From positions 3,424,001-3,488,000 of the forward strand of contig OZ240245.1 of NCBI GenBank assembly GCA_965198175.1: 64,000 bases of DNA, written 5' to 3'. The translations under genes and the position numbers were made by a program. The DNA comes from Candidatus Poribacteria bacterium. Its GTDB lineage: Bacteria; Poribacteria; WGA-4E; PCPOR2b. Below, piece by piece: positions 38,215 through 47,315 of the stretch. The notes beneath the pieces are model-generated. The model was not told where the DNA came from. It did not search any database and worked only from the letters and a program-made list of their open reading frames with translations. Each line of letters starts with the position of its first letter. Positions within the stretch are counted from its first letter, which is position 1.

Positions 38215-40800
38215 TCATTCCCCGAAAGTGCTTGATTCATAGTGCGCTCGCGGTTCAGGAAATTCTACCAACACATCCCCTCCCCACTTCAGGAACTGCC
38301 CGTTGATGATCGTTACCCGCTGAGGTTGTCCCTTACCATCAAGGCGTAAGAAGAGATATTCGCCGGCAAACTCCACATCGGTCGTGGACATCACCGCGAA
38401 GCCGTCGTCCGAGATGAGGACGAGATCGATGGTTTGACAGTGCGTAACCGTGAATCCCGTTGCCAGTACATCAGGATGGCTAACCACTTCAATCGGGTGA
38501 AGTTCTGGAACCGCCCGCACGCCCGGACGAAGCGGAAACAGGACTGTGTTCATCACCGTTGGCAATGTGCGTTTCACCACGAAAGTCAGATTACAGGGAG
38601 GGAATTCATTGTGGGATACCGTCCCCCCAACAACCGCATCAGTATCGGCACAGTGCAATCGAACTTCTAGATCCCCGGCGTCCACCGGAGCAATCACCAG
38701 ATTGCTTAAGTTTGGCTCGACGGTGCGCACGACGTTGTTGTCGCGGACCTCTACGAAATCGCTTGACACGGACGCGAGGTGGAAAATCTGTTCGAGGCTA
38801 TGCTCACCGTCGCCGAGGACTAAATCGTGGAGGATAAAATATTCACCATCCGCAGAAATGGATTTGTGGGCATCGGCTACCGTATCCGCGGAAGCTGAAC
38901 GATCGCACGCCACGTTGGACGCTTGTGCGTTCCCTTTAGCGTAGAAGATTGATCGCTTGTGCAAGAAATTAGGATTGCAGCCGGGCGAGTCTTTTTCCGC
39001 ATAGCCGTCTTTGTACCACGCCTCGACAAAGTCGAACGATGGCGTCGTTAGCCAATAGGTATCTGGGTTCGGGCCTCGCTCTTCATGACGCAAAGCGGGA
39101 CGATACTGCCCTATTCCGTCGATTATCACGGTGTTGTATTCACGACTCGGATGGAGTTCGTCCTCGGCGGCATCATGCGTCCGGAAGCCGCCAGCATCGA
39201 CAATCAGCGGTCGTCCGTAGGCATAGAGGAGGAAGTTAAGCTTATCTCCGTGCTGATGTGTTGAGCACAAACTGCCAGCGTCAAAGATGAGGTATTGGGC
39301 ATCCGCACGCCAATGATTTCGCATTACATAGAAACCCTTGTAAGGAAAGGCGTGTGAGGTCTCGTTCGGGGGTCTCCCCGCCGCTCCACTCGACGCCGTG
39401 TAAAGAAAATCCTCCCGATTGAAGACCGCATGAGCGACACCGCAGAGTTCACTCACACTGAAGCCCGCCGAGCCGCGTTGATCCCAACGTCGGGAATCCG
39501 GTCGGCTGAGATACATGAGAGCCTCGATCATTCCTTCGCATCGGCGATTGAAGTCTTCGGGCAGCCGATAGCCGCAGAGACGAGCGAGTTGATAAAAGCT
39601 GAACAAGCATGTAAGTGCGAGGTGGTGATCGGTATTCGAACCTTCAGCTTGGAGACTGTCGGGGAGGATGCGCACATCGTGAATCCATTTGTAACGCCGC
39701 AGGGCGAGTTTGAGAAACTGGTCTCTGTTCTGCCATTCTGGAAAAAGCAGAGCGGCGACGCCGATGCCGCTCGTTTCCACATGGAAGCCGGTGTCGTCGA
39801 GCCCTTGATAGGCGGAGAGGTAAAGTGCGCCCTCAAGGTAGGATTTCGCCATGTCGAAGGGCATCGCATTGCGGATTTCGGGAGAGGTCAGTCTGTCGAT
39901 GAGAAGCTGGGGGAATTCGAGCGCAGCCCGCCGTCCCGCCTCCCCTGTTCGCCACCCCTCCTCGTCAGGAACGTCGGGAACGGGAAACTGGTCAAACCAA
40001 GATTCCCACGAATCTATAATTCGAGGCAGTGGGCGAAAAAAACTAGACCAGTCCTTGGAGTTGAGGAACAAATGCTTCGCCGACGCGTAAGCGAATTTCG
40101 CTTCTTCAAGACATCCCTGCTCCCATTCGGATTTGACCGTTTCCAGACCGGGATGGCGCAGATCTAGGTGATTGAAGAACTCCTGATCGTTCAGCTTAAA
40201 ATATGTTCGCTTATTCCATCGCAGATTACGATGGAAGGTTGCGACGTATCGTTCTATCGCCTCAGCGAAGATGGGGAGGTCGAGCACAACCGCCAACTCA
40301 AACGCCGCATCAATGGTTTCAATCAGGTAAGATGGGAAGCCGTTGAGTTTGTCGATTGACTCCGCAATCCGCGCAAATCCGGCGAGTCGCCATGCGTTGC
40401 TCTGGGGAAGATTGTGGCAGAGGCTGCTGACGAGCGCCAAAGCTGCGCCTGCTTGGAGTCGTTCGCGGGGGTGGCGCGAATGGTGGTAGGTGTAGAGATA
40501 TTCTGCGTGTTCGAGGATAATCTGCGCTAGAACCTTCCAGCCGGCATCTGGTATCGTCGGTTCATGCGCTACAATCGCTAACGCCTCGGTAAGCCTTGCT
40601 GAGACAGGTTCGAGACGCCAGACCGGATTTCGATTCGCGTGTAAAAGGGGCGTCGGATTTTCCGTTGTAAATGTAATCAGTTCTTCGAAATCGGCGACGG
40701 GCTCGAAACGCTCGATTACGAGTATGTCTCTGCGGGCAAGTGTGTGCGCCAAACGTTCGACCGATTCCGCCGTAATTGTGGAATAGGTATCCGGTGCCAT
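38215..40800 (-). CDS. Heparinase II/III-like protein
   Basis: GFYVMR--W----YLIFDAG...HQHGDKL-F-L-AYGR-LIVD-G...NTVIIDG. Confidence 0.8.
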   Translation of the reverse strand: MAPDTYSTITAESVERLAHTLARRDILVIERFEPVADFEELITFTTENPTPLLHANRNPVWRLEPVSARLTEALAIVAHEPTIPDAGWKVLAQIILEHAEYLYTYHHSRHPRERLQAGAALALVSSLCHNLPQSNAWRLAGFARIAESIDKLNGFPSYLIETIDAAFELAVVLDLPIFAEAIERYVATFHRNLRWNKRTYFKLNDQEFFNHLDLRHPGLETVKSEWEQGCLEEAKFAYASAKHLFLNSKDWSSFFRPLPRIIDSWESWFDQFPVPDVPDEEGWRTGEAGRRAALEFPQLLIDRLTSPEIRNAMPFDMAKSYLEGALYLSAYQGLDDTGFHVETSGIGVAALLFPEWQNRDQFLKLALRRYKWIHDVRILPDSLQAEGSNTDHHLALTCLFSFYQLARLCGYRLPEDFNRRCEGMIEALMYLSRPDSRRWDQRGSAGFSVSELCGVAHAVFNREDFLYTASSGAAGRPPNETSHAFPYKGFYVMRNHWRADAQYLIFDAGSLCSTHQHGDKLNFLLYAYGRPLIVDAGGFRTHDAAEDELHPSREYNTVIIDGIGQYRPALRHEERGPNPDTYWLTTPSFDFVEAWYKDGYAEKDSPGCNPNFLHKRSIFYAKGNAQASNVACDRSASADTVADAHKSISADGEYFILHDLVLGDGEHSLEQIFHLASVSSDFVEVRDNNVVRTVEPNLSNLVIAPVDAGDLEVRLHCADTDAVVGGTVSHNEFPPCNLTFVVKRTLPTVMNTVLFPLRPGVRAVPELHPIEVVSHPDVLATGFTVTHCQTIDLVLISDDGFAVMSTTDVEFAGEYLFLRLDGKGQPQRVTIINGQFLKWGGDVLVEFPEPRAHYESSTFGE

Positions 40801-40865
40801 AAAGTCATCGCGCTCAGAATCACCGCGTCGTCCTTCTGAGTTTGCGCTAGTCTATCCCGAAGCAT

Positions 40866-41408
40866 TTAGTGGTGGTGATCTTTTAAGCTGTGCGCTTTTC
40901 GGACCAGATCCGGATCTTTTGCAAATCTTTTCGTCGCATCAATCAGGCGATCGACGTGTGCTTGCACATCTTTTTCAATTTGGGAGACACGGCTTAGGAG
41001 AAAGGTTTGTTTCCCCTCATAGATTGCCTTTTTTATCGTAGCAAGCAGATCCACATAGATTCTGTCTGCTTCACTTCCTTCGATAGCAATCGCAATCTCA
41101 AACGCTTCGTTGAGGGTTATCGACTTTTCGTTTACTCGACGCTCGTGCTCTTCTAACGCCTGAACAATTCGCTGGATGGAGGTTTCGGGCAACCCTGTCG
41201 CCGGCGCATCTAGACCAAACGCGCGGGAACACAACGAACGCCCAAAATCGATTAGAATGTAGTGTTGCCACTCTTCCGCGCTCATGTTTTGCCAAAATCG
41301 GGCGACGCGCTCATCGACATCTCCCAACATGAGAGAGAGCGCCGCGTATAATTTTGCGTGCCTCAGTTCAATATCCTGCGATAAATCAAAGACCTCCCCT
41401 AACGTCAT
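40866..41408 (-). CDS. Ferritin-like/rubrerythrin-like protein
   Basis: E---A-LY...EEWQH...AIEGSE...H four-helix metal-ligand pattern. Confidence 0.65.
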   Translation of the reverse strand: MTLGEVFDLSQDIELRHAKLYAALSLMLGDVDERVARFWQNMSAEEWQHYILIDFGRSLCSRAFGLDAPATGLPETSIQRIVQALEEHERRVNEKSITLNEAFEIAIAIEGSEADRIYVDLLATIKKAIYEGKQTFLLSRVSQIEKDVQAHVDRLIDATKRFAKDPDLVRKAHSLKDHHH

Positions 41409-41813
41409 GGATAGCTCTCCCTTCAATAGTCACGCGACTAAGAATTACACATCACCGTTCAATCTTGCGGCGATCAAAAAGGGGTTTCAACCCCCAAAAC
41501 TAGTGAAGACTATCGCACTCACTATTCGTTTGCTTGATCCCTCGCTATTCGCTCAGTTGATCCCTTATCAGGGGAGTATCTGAATGTGTGTAAATATAAA
41601 TGGCTATAGATACCAATTTCAGATTCGGACTGCCGTACCTCCGTGTGTCGTTGCGATCTTCGATGTCAAATCAAAGTGTATTGTTCCAAAGCAAAATTCG
41701 TCCGGGCGAAATCTCCCGATTGGTCGCGTGGAGAGCGCAGCTCGGCGCGCGTGTGTTCTTCAGCAGTGAAGGCAAAGCGATAACGCCAACGGACGGCGTT
41801 GGTTAAGTCTCCG

Positions 41814-42596
41814 CTAGACAACCGCCGATAGTCCGCCATCAATGTTGATTGCTGTTCCCGTAATGAATGCCGCGCGATCCGAAACAAGAAAGGCGACCAA
41901 GTCCGCCACTTCCGTGGCTTCGCCGAGCCGCTCCAGCGGATGGGTCTTCCCCTGCTGTTCCCAGTATTCCTCAAGGGTACCTGGGGAACCTTGCGCTTGC
42001 CAGCCGCGAACACCCTGCGCGGTCTTGATTGAGGTCAAACATACCGTGTTGACGAGGATTTTGTCAGGGAGCAAATCTTTGGATAGAGCTTTGGTCAAAG
42101 CGATTCCTGCCGCACGGCTGACCGAGGTTGGGCATGAGCCGGCACCGGGCTGTTTGCCACCGGGATGGGTGATGTTAATGATGCGACCGCCGCCAACCGC
42201 TCTCATGAGAGGAATAACCAACCGCGAACAACGCACAGCCGCCATCAGCTTGAGATTTAGATCCTCGTACCAATCCTCATCGGTTACCTTTTCAAAGGGA
42301 GCGCCCGTGGCACGTCCGGCGTTGTTGATTAGAATATCGATTCGCCCAAAGCGTTCAACTGTGCTGCGAATAAAGTTTTCCAACGCTACCGGTACTGTCA
42401 CGTCGGCGGAGAATGCGAGCACTTCGTTCCCGGTCTTGTCACGGATTTCCTGTGCTGCCCGCTGCAAGATAGCATCGCGCCGTGCACAGATGGAGATTTT
42501 TGCGCCACACTCAGAAAGCCGCATCGCGATTGCTTTGCCCGTTCCTTCGCTACCGCCTGTAATGACGGCGACTTTTCCGGTTAATTTTAGATTCAT
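41814..42596 (-). CDS. SDR family oxidoreductase
   Basis: TGGSEGTG, DILINNAG, FITG--INIDGG. Confidence 0.9.
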   Translation of the reverse strand: MNLKLTGKVAVITGGSEGTGKAIAMRLSECGAKISICARRDAILQRAAQEIRDKTGNEVLAFSADVTVPVALENFIRSTVERFGRIDILINNAGRATGAPFEKVTDEDWYEDLNLKLMAAVRCSRLVIPLMRAVGGGRIINITHPGGKQPGAGSCPTSVSRAAGIALTKALSKDLLPDKILVNTVCLTSIKTAQGVRGWQAQGSPGTLEEYWEQQGKTHPLERLGEATEVADLVAFLVSDRAAFITGTAINIDGGLSAVV

Positions 42597-42617
42597 CCGG
42601 TTCTCCTGGTATTCCGT

Positions 42618-44171
42618 TTATAGGTTGTTTTTTGTGACCTTAACCGCGGTGGGAAGTGCTTCCAATACATCTCGCGCCATCAATCCATGCGCCCCAATCG
42701 ATTCGGCGGCGATGTCACCCGCCAGTCCGTGGAGGTACACACCTAGCACAGCGGCATCGTGACTTGACGTTTTCTGCGCTATAAGTCCCGCAATAACGCC
42801 GGTCAGCACGTCACCCATGCCTCCAGTTGCCATGCCAGGATTGCCTGTTGAGTTAATCCACACCGCTCCATTTCCGCTTGCAATGACCGTCGGCGCTCCT
42901 TTGAGAACAAGTGTGACATTGTGTTCTTGGGCAAACCGCTGCGCAATTCCTATCCGATCTCTTTCCACTTCGGGGACCGTACCGTCGATGAGCCGAGCCA
43001 TTTCGCCAGGATGCGGGGTCAGCACAGTTTGGGACCGCAAGGATGAGAGCAGTTCTTTCGACTTTGCGAGCGCATTTAACCCATCGGCATCAATGACGAT
43101 TGGACAATCACTTTCGCGGATTAGGTTGTGAACGAGTGCAACCGTTTCAGGGTGTTGCGAAAGCCCAGGGCCAATCGCGAGAATAGACCGTGTCCGTACG
43201 ACGAATTCGAGGATTTGCGAACCCGCATCTAGCGTCAGCGTCCCCTCATCTGTCTCTCGTAACGGCAGTGACATCACCTCGGTCAGCTTGCTCTCTAAAA
43301 TCGGGTTGAGGCTTTTGGGAACACCGACAGTTACCAAACCAGCACCAACGCGGGATGCGGCTTCGCCCGCTAAAGCTGCGGCGCCGGTCATTCCGGTAGA
43401 TGCCCCCGTCACAAAAACACGTCCATACGTCCCTTTGTGAGAATGACGATAGCGAGGCGGTATCAGCTTCGCGGCATCGTCCGACTGCGTCCAATTCACC
43501 TCAATATTCAGCGATTCAATAACACTCGGTGGGAACCCGATATCGGCAATCTCCAACTGCCCCGCCGTGTCCGCGCCCGGGTGGAGAAGCAATCCTCGCT
43601 TGGGCAGCCCCATTGTGACGGTATGGGTCGCTTTGACGCATGCCCCTACTGCTACACCGGTATCCGTCTCTAGACCGGACGGGAGATCAATCGCGACGAC
43701 CGGACAACCTCCCTCGTTAACACACGCAATAACGCTCGCGACGAATCCACGAACTGCTCCCCGTAAACCTGTTCCAAAGATTGCATCAACAATCAGATCA
43801 CACTGCGAGATCTGACGTTCCAATTGATTGAGATTGGACTCAGAGGGCGCTTGCGCGATGGGGAGATTGAGGTTCTGGGCAATCTGCAAGTTGGTTAAAG
43901 CATCGCCCGTAAATTGATGCGGCAGCGAAACGAGAATAATCTGAACAGAATGTCCCGCAAGGGCAAGCTGTCTAGCGACGACCAATCCATCTCCGCCATT
44001 GTTTCCCTTGCCCACTACAACGGCGACACACCGACATTCCGAGAAGTGCTTCTGGATTGCCGTAACAACCGCTCTACCGGCGTTTTCCATGAGCACAATT
44101 CCGGGAATCCCAATCCCGTCAATTGTCTGTTGGTCAATCTGACGCATCTCATTTGCGGTAACGACTTTCAT
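42618..44171 (-). CDS. nnr: Bifunctional NAD(P)H-hydrate epimerase/dehydratase
   Basis: LMENAG, GKGNNGGDG, DAIFGTG, HKGTYG, DADGLN, LTPHPGEM, GMATGGMGDVL. Confidence 0.95.
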   Translation of the reverse strand: MKVVTANEMRQIDQQTIDGIGIPGIVLMENAGRAVVTAIQKHFSECRCVAVVVGKGNNGGDGLVVARQLALAGHSVQIILVSLPHQFTGDALTNLQIAQNLNLPIAQAPSESNLNQLERQISQCDLIVDAIFGTGLRGAVRGFVASVIACVNEGGCPVVAIDLPSGLETDTGVAVGACVKATHTVTMGLPKRGLLLHPGADTAGQLEIADIGFPPSVIESLNIEVNWTQSDDAAKLIPPRYRHSHKGTYGRVFVTGASTGMTGAAALAGEAASRVGAGLVTVGVPKSLNPILESKLTEVMSLPLRETDEGTLTLDAGSQILEFVVRTRSILAIGPGLSQHPETVALVHNLIRESDCPIVIDADGLNALAKSKELLSSLRSQTVLTPHPGEMARLIDGTVPEVERDRIGIAQRFAQEHNVTLVLKGAPTVIASGNGAVWINSTGNPGMATGGMGDVLTGVIAGLIAQKTSSHDAAVLGVYLHGLAGDIAAESIGAHGLMARDVLEALPTAVKVTKNNL

Positions 44172-44434
44172 GTTCTATTCTCTACTGATATCGTCAACCA
44201 CGGCTTTTGTAAGATGGAGCGCTATCCAACATTTGTCAACGGGCTTTGGTAGACAATCAGGGGATTTTGTGCTTAAACTCTCTCCTAACTTCACGATAGA
44301 GTGTAGCACTATCGGTCAATTATGTCAAATGGAAAAGATGAAATGGAGAACTCTCACACTTACTTCAGCCCGATGGCGGCTAAACCCCACCCAAATCTGG
44401 AGCGATCGAAGCTGTTTCTGATGAGTGAAATTGA

Positions 44435-46882
44435 CTACCTTTCCCCGTAATGCGTTATCCAGCAACGACGCCCATCGGTGCGCAGCCGGATAGCACCGAG
44501 CTTATCTGTGCGCAGCACTCGGCAGCCCCATTTTTGATAGCGATTGACAACCTTTCCAGAGGGAAAGCCGTATCGATTCCGGGTACCGACCGAAAAAATC
44601 GCCTCTTGCGGACGCACGGCTTCGAGAAATTCCGAACTGCTGGAAGTCTCGCTGCCGTGGTGGGGAACTTTGAGGAACTCCGCACGCAAATCGTAGCCAT
44701 TTGAGATTAAGGCGAGCTCAGTTTCTCGTTTAATGTCCCCCGTGAATAGGACTCGTACACTACCATAGGTCATCTTAAGCACAAGCGAATCGTTGTTGGT
44801 ATCCTCATCCATGAGATTCACCGACGTTTCATCTAGCGGATGCAGTAACGCAAGCTGCGCCGTCGGTGTCAGTTGAATTTTCCCTGCGTCGCCGAGCACA
44901 TGCGGTATGCCTTTCGTATCAACGATTTGGTGCAAATGGCGATGTGTCAGCGGAGGGAGCGATTCGTGCGGCACACCGAGCACACGCTTGACGTCAAATG
45001 TGCGCAGGATGTGTGCAAGTCCGCCGCCGTGATCGTTGTCCGGATGGCTCAAGACGAGCAGATCCAGGCTGAAGACACCTTTGTGGCAAAAAAATGGATC
45101 GAGGACACGCTCACCGCTATCGAAACCGCGCCGATTGGCACCACCATCAATTATCATGGTTTTTCCGTCGGGGAATCCGACAAATGCCGCATCGCCCTGC
45201 CCGACATCAAGAAACGTGATGTCTAAGAGGTTTCCTTCCTCCTTCAACGCGGCATCCCAAATCCAGATAGCCAGCACTGCTGCACCAATTAGCACCGCCT
45301 TATCCCGATGCTCCCACACCCACCGCCAGTGGGCAATTGCGAGACAGCCCGCGATGTAGACGCTAACCCAGCCCAAGCTGGGCGGTGACATTGTAACCCC
45401 CGCCCACGGTTGACCGAACAACTCGACAATTTTCAGAAAGATGAAGAGGACGAGGTGGTTGGCATAAACAAACGGTGTTGCAAGCGGAAGCCACATCATG
45501 CCGAGAAAAAGCGAGATTGATGCGATGGCAACGATAGGTGCGGCAAGTCCAACGACGAAGGGACCTGCAACCACACCGAGCGGATAGGCGCGACAGAAGT
45601 GTCGTGCGATTATCAGGAACGTGCCGATTTGTGCCGACAGTGTCACCCCAAACGCGACAACCAACCATCCGATTGCTCGCTTCCAACCGCTCCCCCAGAC
45701 CTCTTCGAGCTGAGAGACGGGATGGTCCTCTTGGGTACTATGATTCGCAGAAAGACCCGCAATGAAGGCGTTCCACTTAGGCAAGAGATAAACGATACAT
45801 GCCACCGCAGCAAAGGAAAGTTGGAAGCCGACGTCCCACAGTTGGGCGGGATTAATCAACAACAGGACCAGCGCAGCAAACGCGAGAAGATTGATGAGAT
45901 CCGCATCTCGATCGATAATCTGCGCGATTAGGAACAGGATTGCCATGAAGGACGCTCGTAACACCGATGGGCGAAATCCGACTAAGCAGGCGTAGAGTAT
46001 GACAGCGGCGATTGTCAGAAGGCAGACCGTTTTTCGAGGTAAGCCAAGAAGAGAAAAGCTCAGAAAACAGAGGGCGGTAATCAGTCCAACGTGCAATCCC
46101 GACACAGCGAGAACATGCAGGCTACCACTGTTACGAAAAATATCAAGAGTAGAATCGGGAAGCTCACTTCGCTTCCCCAAAAGCATACCCTTGAGAATGT
46201 GGACATGGTCAGGCTGCTCATGATATAGCCGATCGATTGTAACTTCCACACGTCGGCGCAAACGTTCTGTCCAGCGCAAAGGCGGAAGTCCAGCCTGATG
46301 GGTTGGCGAAATTTCCTGATGGCGATTTGGATAGAAAATTCCGAAGACTTGACGACGGGTAAGGTACGCACGGTAATCGAATCCGCCTGGATTGCGTCGT
46401 CCTTTCGGCTGACGGAACACCCCTTCAACTTCAAGACAATCGCCGTAGCGCAACGCAACCGGCTCATAGAATCGGATTAAGACTTTCATCTTCACAGTTA
46501 AATCCGGAGCGGATACGGATTCGACGGTTCCGATTGCGTAACCTGTCTCCCACAATTCACCGCGAGAAGGTTGATATGTCATGTGCCCTGAGAACCGCAC
46601 CGGTTGATTGTACAGTTCAGAAGGGCAGGGAGGCGTTAGGGCAATCCCCACACGAAGTATGCCACAACCGAAGATCGCAAGCAGAAGAAAGATTCGCGGG
46701 AGGTTTGCGTTTTCAATATTTCCTACACGAAAACCACCCTCTGGTCGGTGTTGTAGTACGAAGCTGGCGATAAGAAAAATCAGCACAATCAGCCAAATCC
46801 AAAAAGCGGGAATTGGCAGAAATCCGGCGACAAGGATTCCGAGTGTGTATGGGATGACTGTGTTGAGAGCAGGGCGGCGCAT
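44435..46882 (-). CDS. comEC: Competence protein ComEC/Rec2
   Basis: NPGGFDY, HVLAVSGLHV, GFQLSF, DVGQGDA, SHPDNDH, KVPHHGS. Confidence 0.95.
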   Translation of the reverse strand: MRRPALNTVIPYTLGILVAGFLPIPAFWIWLIVLIFLIASFVLQHRPEGGFRVGNIENANLPRIFLLLAIFGCGILRVGIALTPPCPSELYNQPVRFSGHMTYQPSRGELWETGYAIGTVESVSAPDLTVKMKVLIRFYEPVALRYGDCLEVEGVFRQPKGRRNPGGFDYRAYLTRRQVFGIFYPNRHQEISPTHQAGLPPLRWTERLRRRVEVTIDRLYHEQPDHVHILKGMLLGKRSELPDSTLDIFRNSGSLHVLAVSGLHVGLITALCFLSFSLLGLPRKTVCLLTIAAVILYACLVGFRPSVLRASFMAILFLIAQIIDRDADLINLLAFAALVLLLINPAQLWDVGFQLSFAAVACIVYLLPKWNAFIAGLSANHSTQEDHPVSQLEEVWGSGWKRAIGWLVVAFGVTLSAQIGTFLIIARHFCRAYPLGVVAGPFVVGLAAPIVAIASISLFLGMMWLPLATPFVYANHLVLFIFLKIVELFGQPWAGVTMSPPSLGWVSVYIAGCLAIAHWRWVWEHRDKAVLIGAAVLAIWIWDAALKEEGNLLDITFLDVGQGDAAFVGFPDGKTMIIDGGANRRGFDSGERVLDPFFCHKGVFSLDLLVLSHPDNDHGGGLAHILRTFDVKRVLGVPHESLPPLTHRHLHQIVDTKGIPHVLGDAGKIQLTPTAQLALLHPLDETSVNLMDEDTNNDSLVLKMTYGSVRVLFTGDIKRETELALISNGYDLRAEFLKVPHHGSETSSSSEFLEAVRPQEAIFSVGTRNRYGFPSGKVVNRYQKWGCRVLRTDKLGAIRLRTDGRRCWITHYGER

Positions 46883-47315
46883 CTGTTACATGTGATGCTA
46901 TTACAAGGATAACCGATTCTGGTTAACCTCTGGAATTGGTCCTATGCGATCGATTCTGTGTCAAGTAGATTGCTACGTATTGTAGCACGATCCACCTTCA
47001 TGGTCAATCGAATAGCGCTCGAAAGAATAATCGTCGTTGCCAATGCCGACGAAAGGCGCTTCAGTACCCAAATCGATACAGACCTTCAGTCCATAGCGGT
47101 TTGATTTTGGGTTGCGTTGGATCGCGAAATATGATAGAGTTCAAGCGTAATTCAGGAGCGAGAGGGCAAGAAAGTTTTCGTGAAACGCCCGATTTGTCAG
47201 CTTTTCAGGGATGAGCGCCGTCCCCTGAATTTGAGGACAGAAAATCGCGTCGGGTTACGTGTGCCGAAATCCAACTCCCTTCGTGTTTCTATAGTATACT
47301 TCACATTTCAAAATT

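Noticed and set aside
41842..42762. 306-aa plus-strand ORF and similar antisense ORFs (11893-12579, 39430-40167, 26215-26805)
   Set aside because: Shadow frames opposite well-supported genes, with no recognisable motifs.
47145..47235. ncRNA upstream of priA
   Set aside because: Only a modest inverted repeat (TTCAGGG...CCCTGAA), with no recognisable family features.
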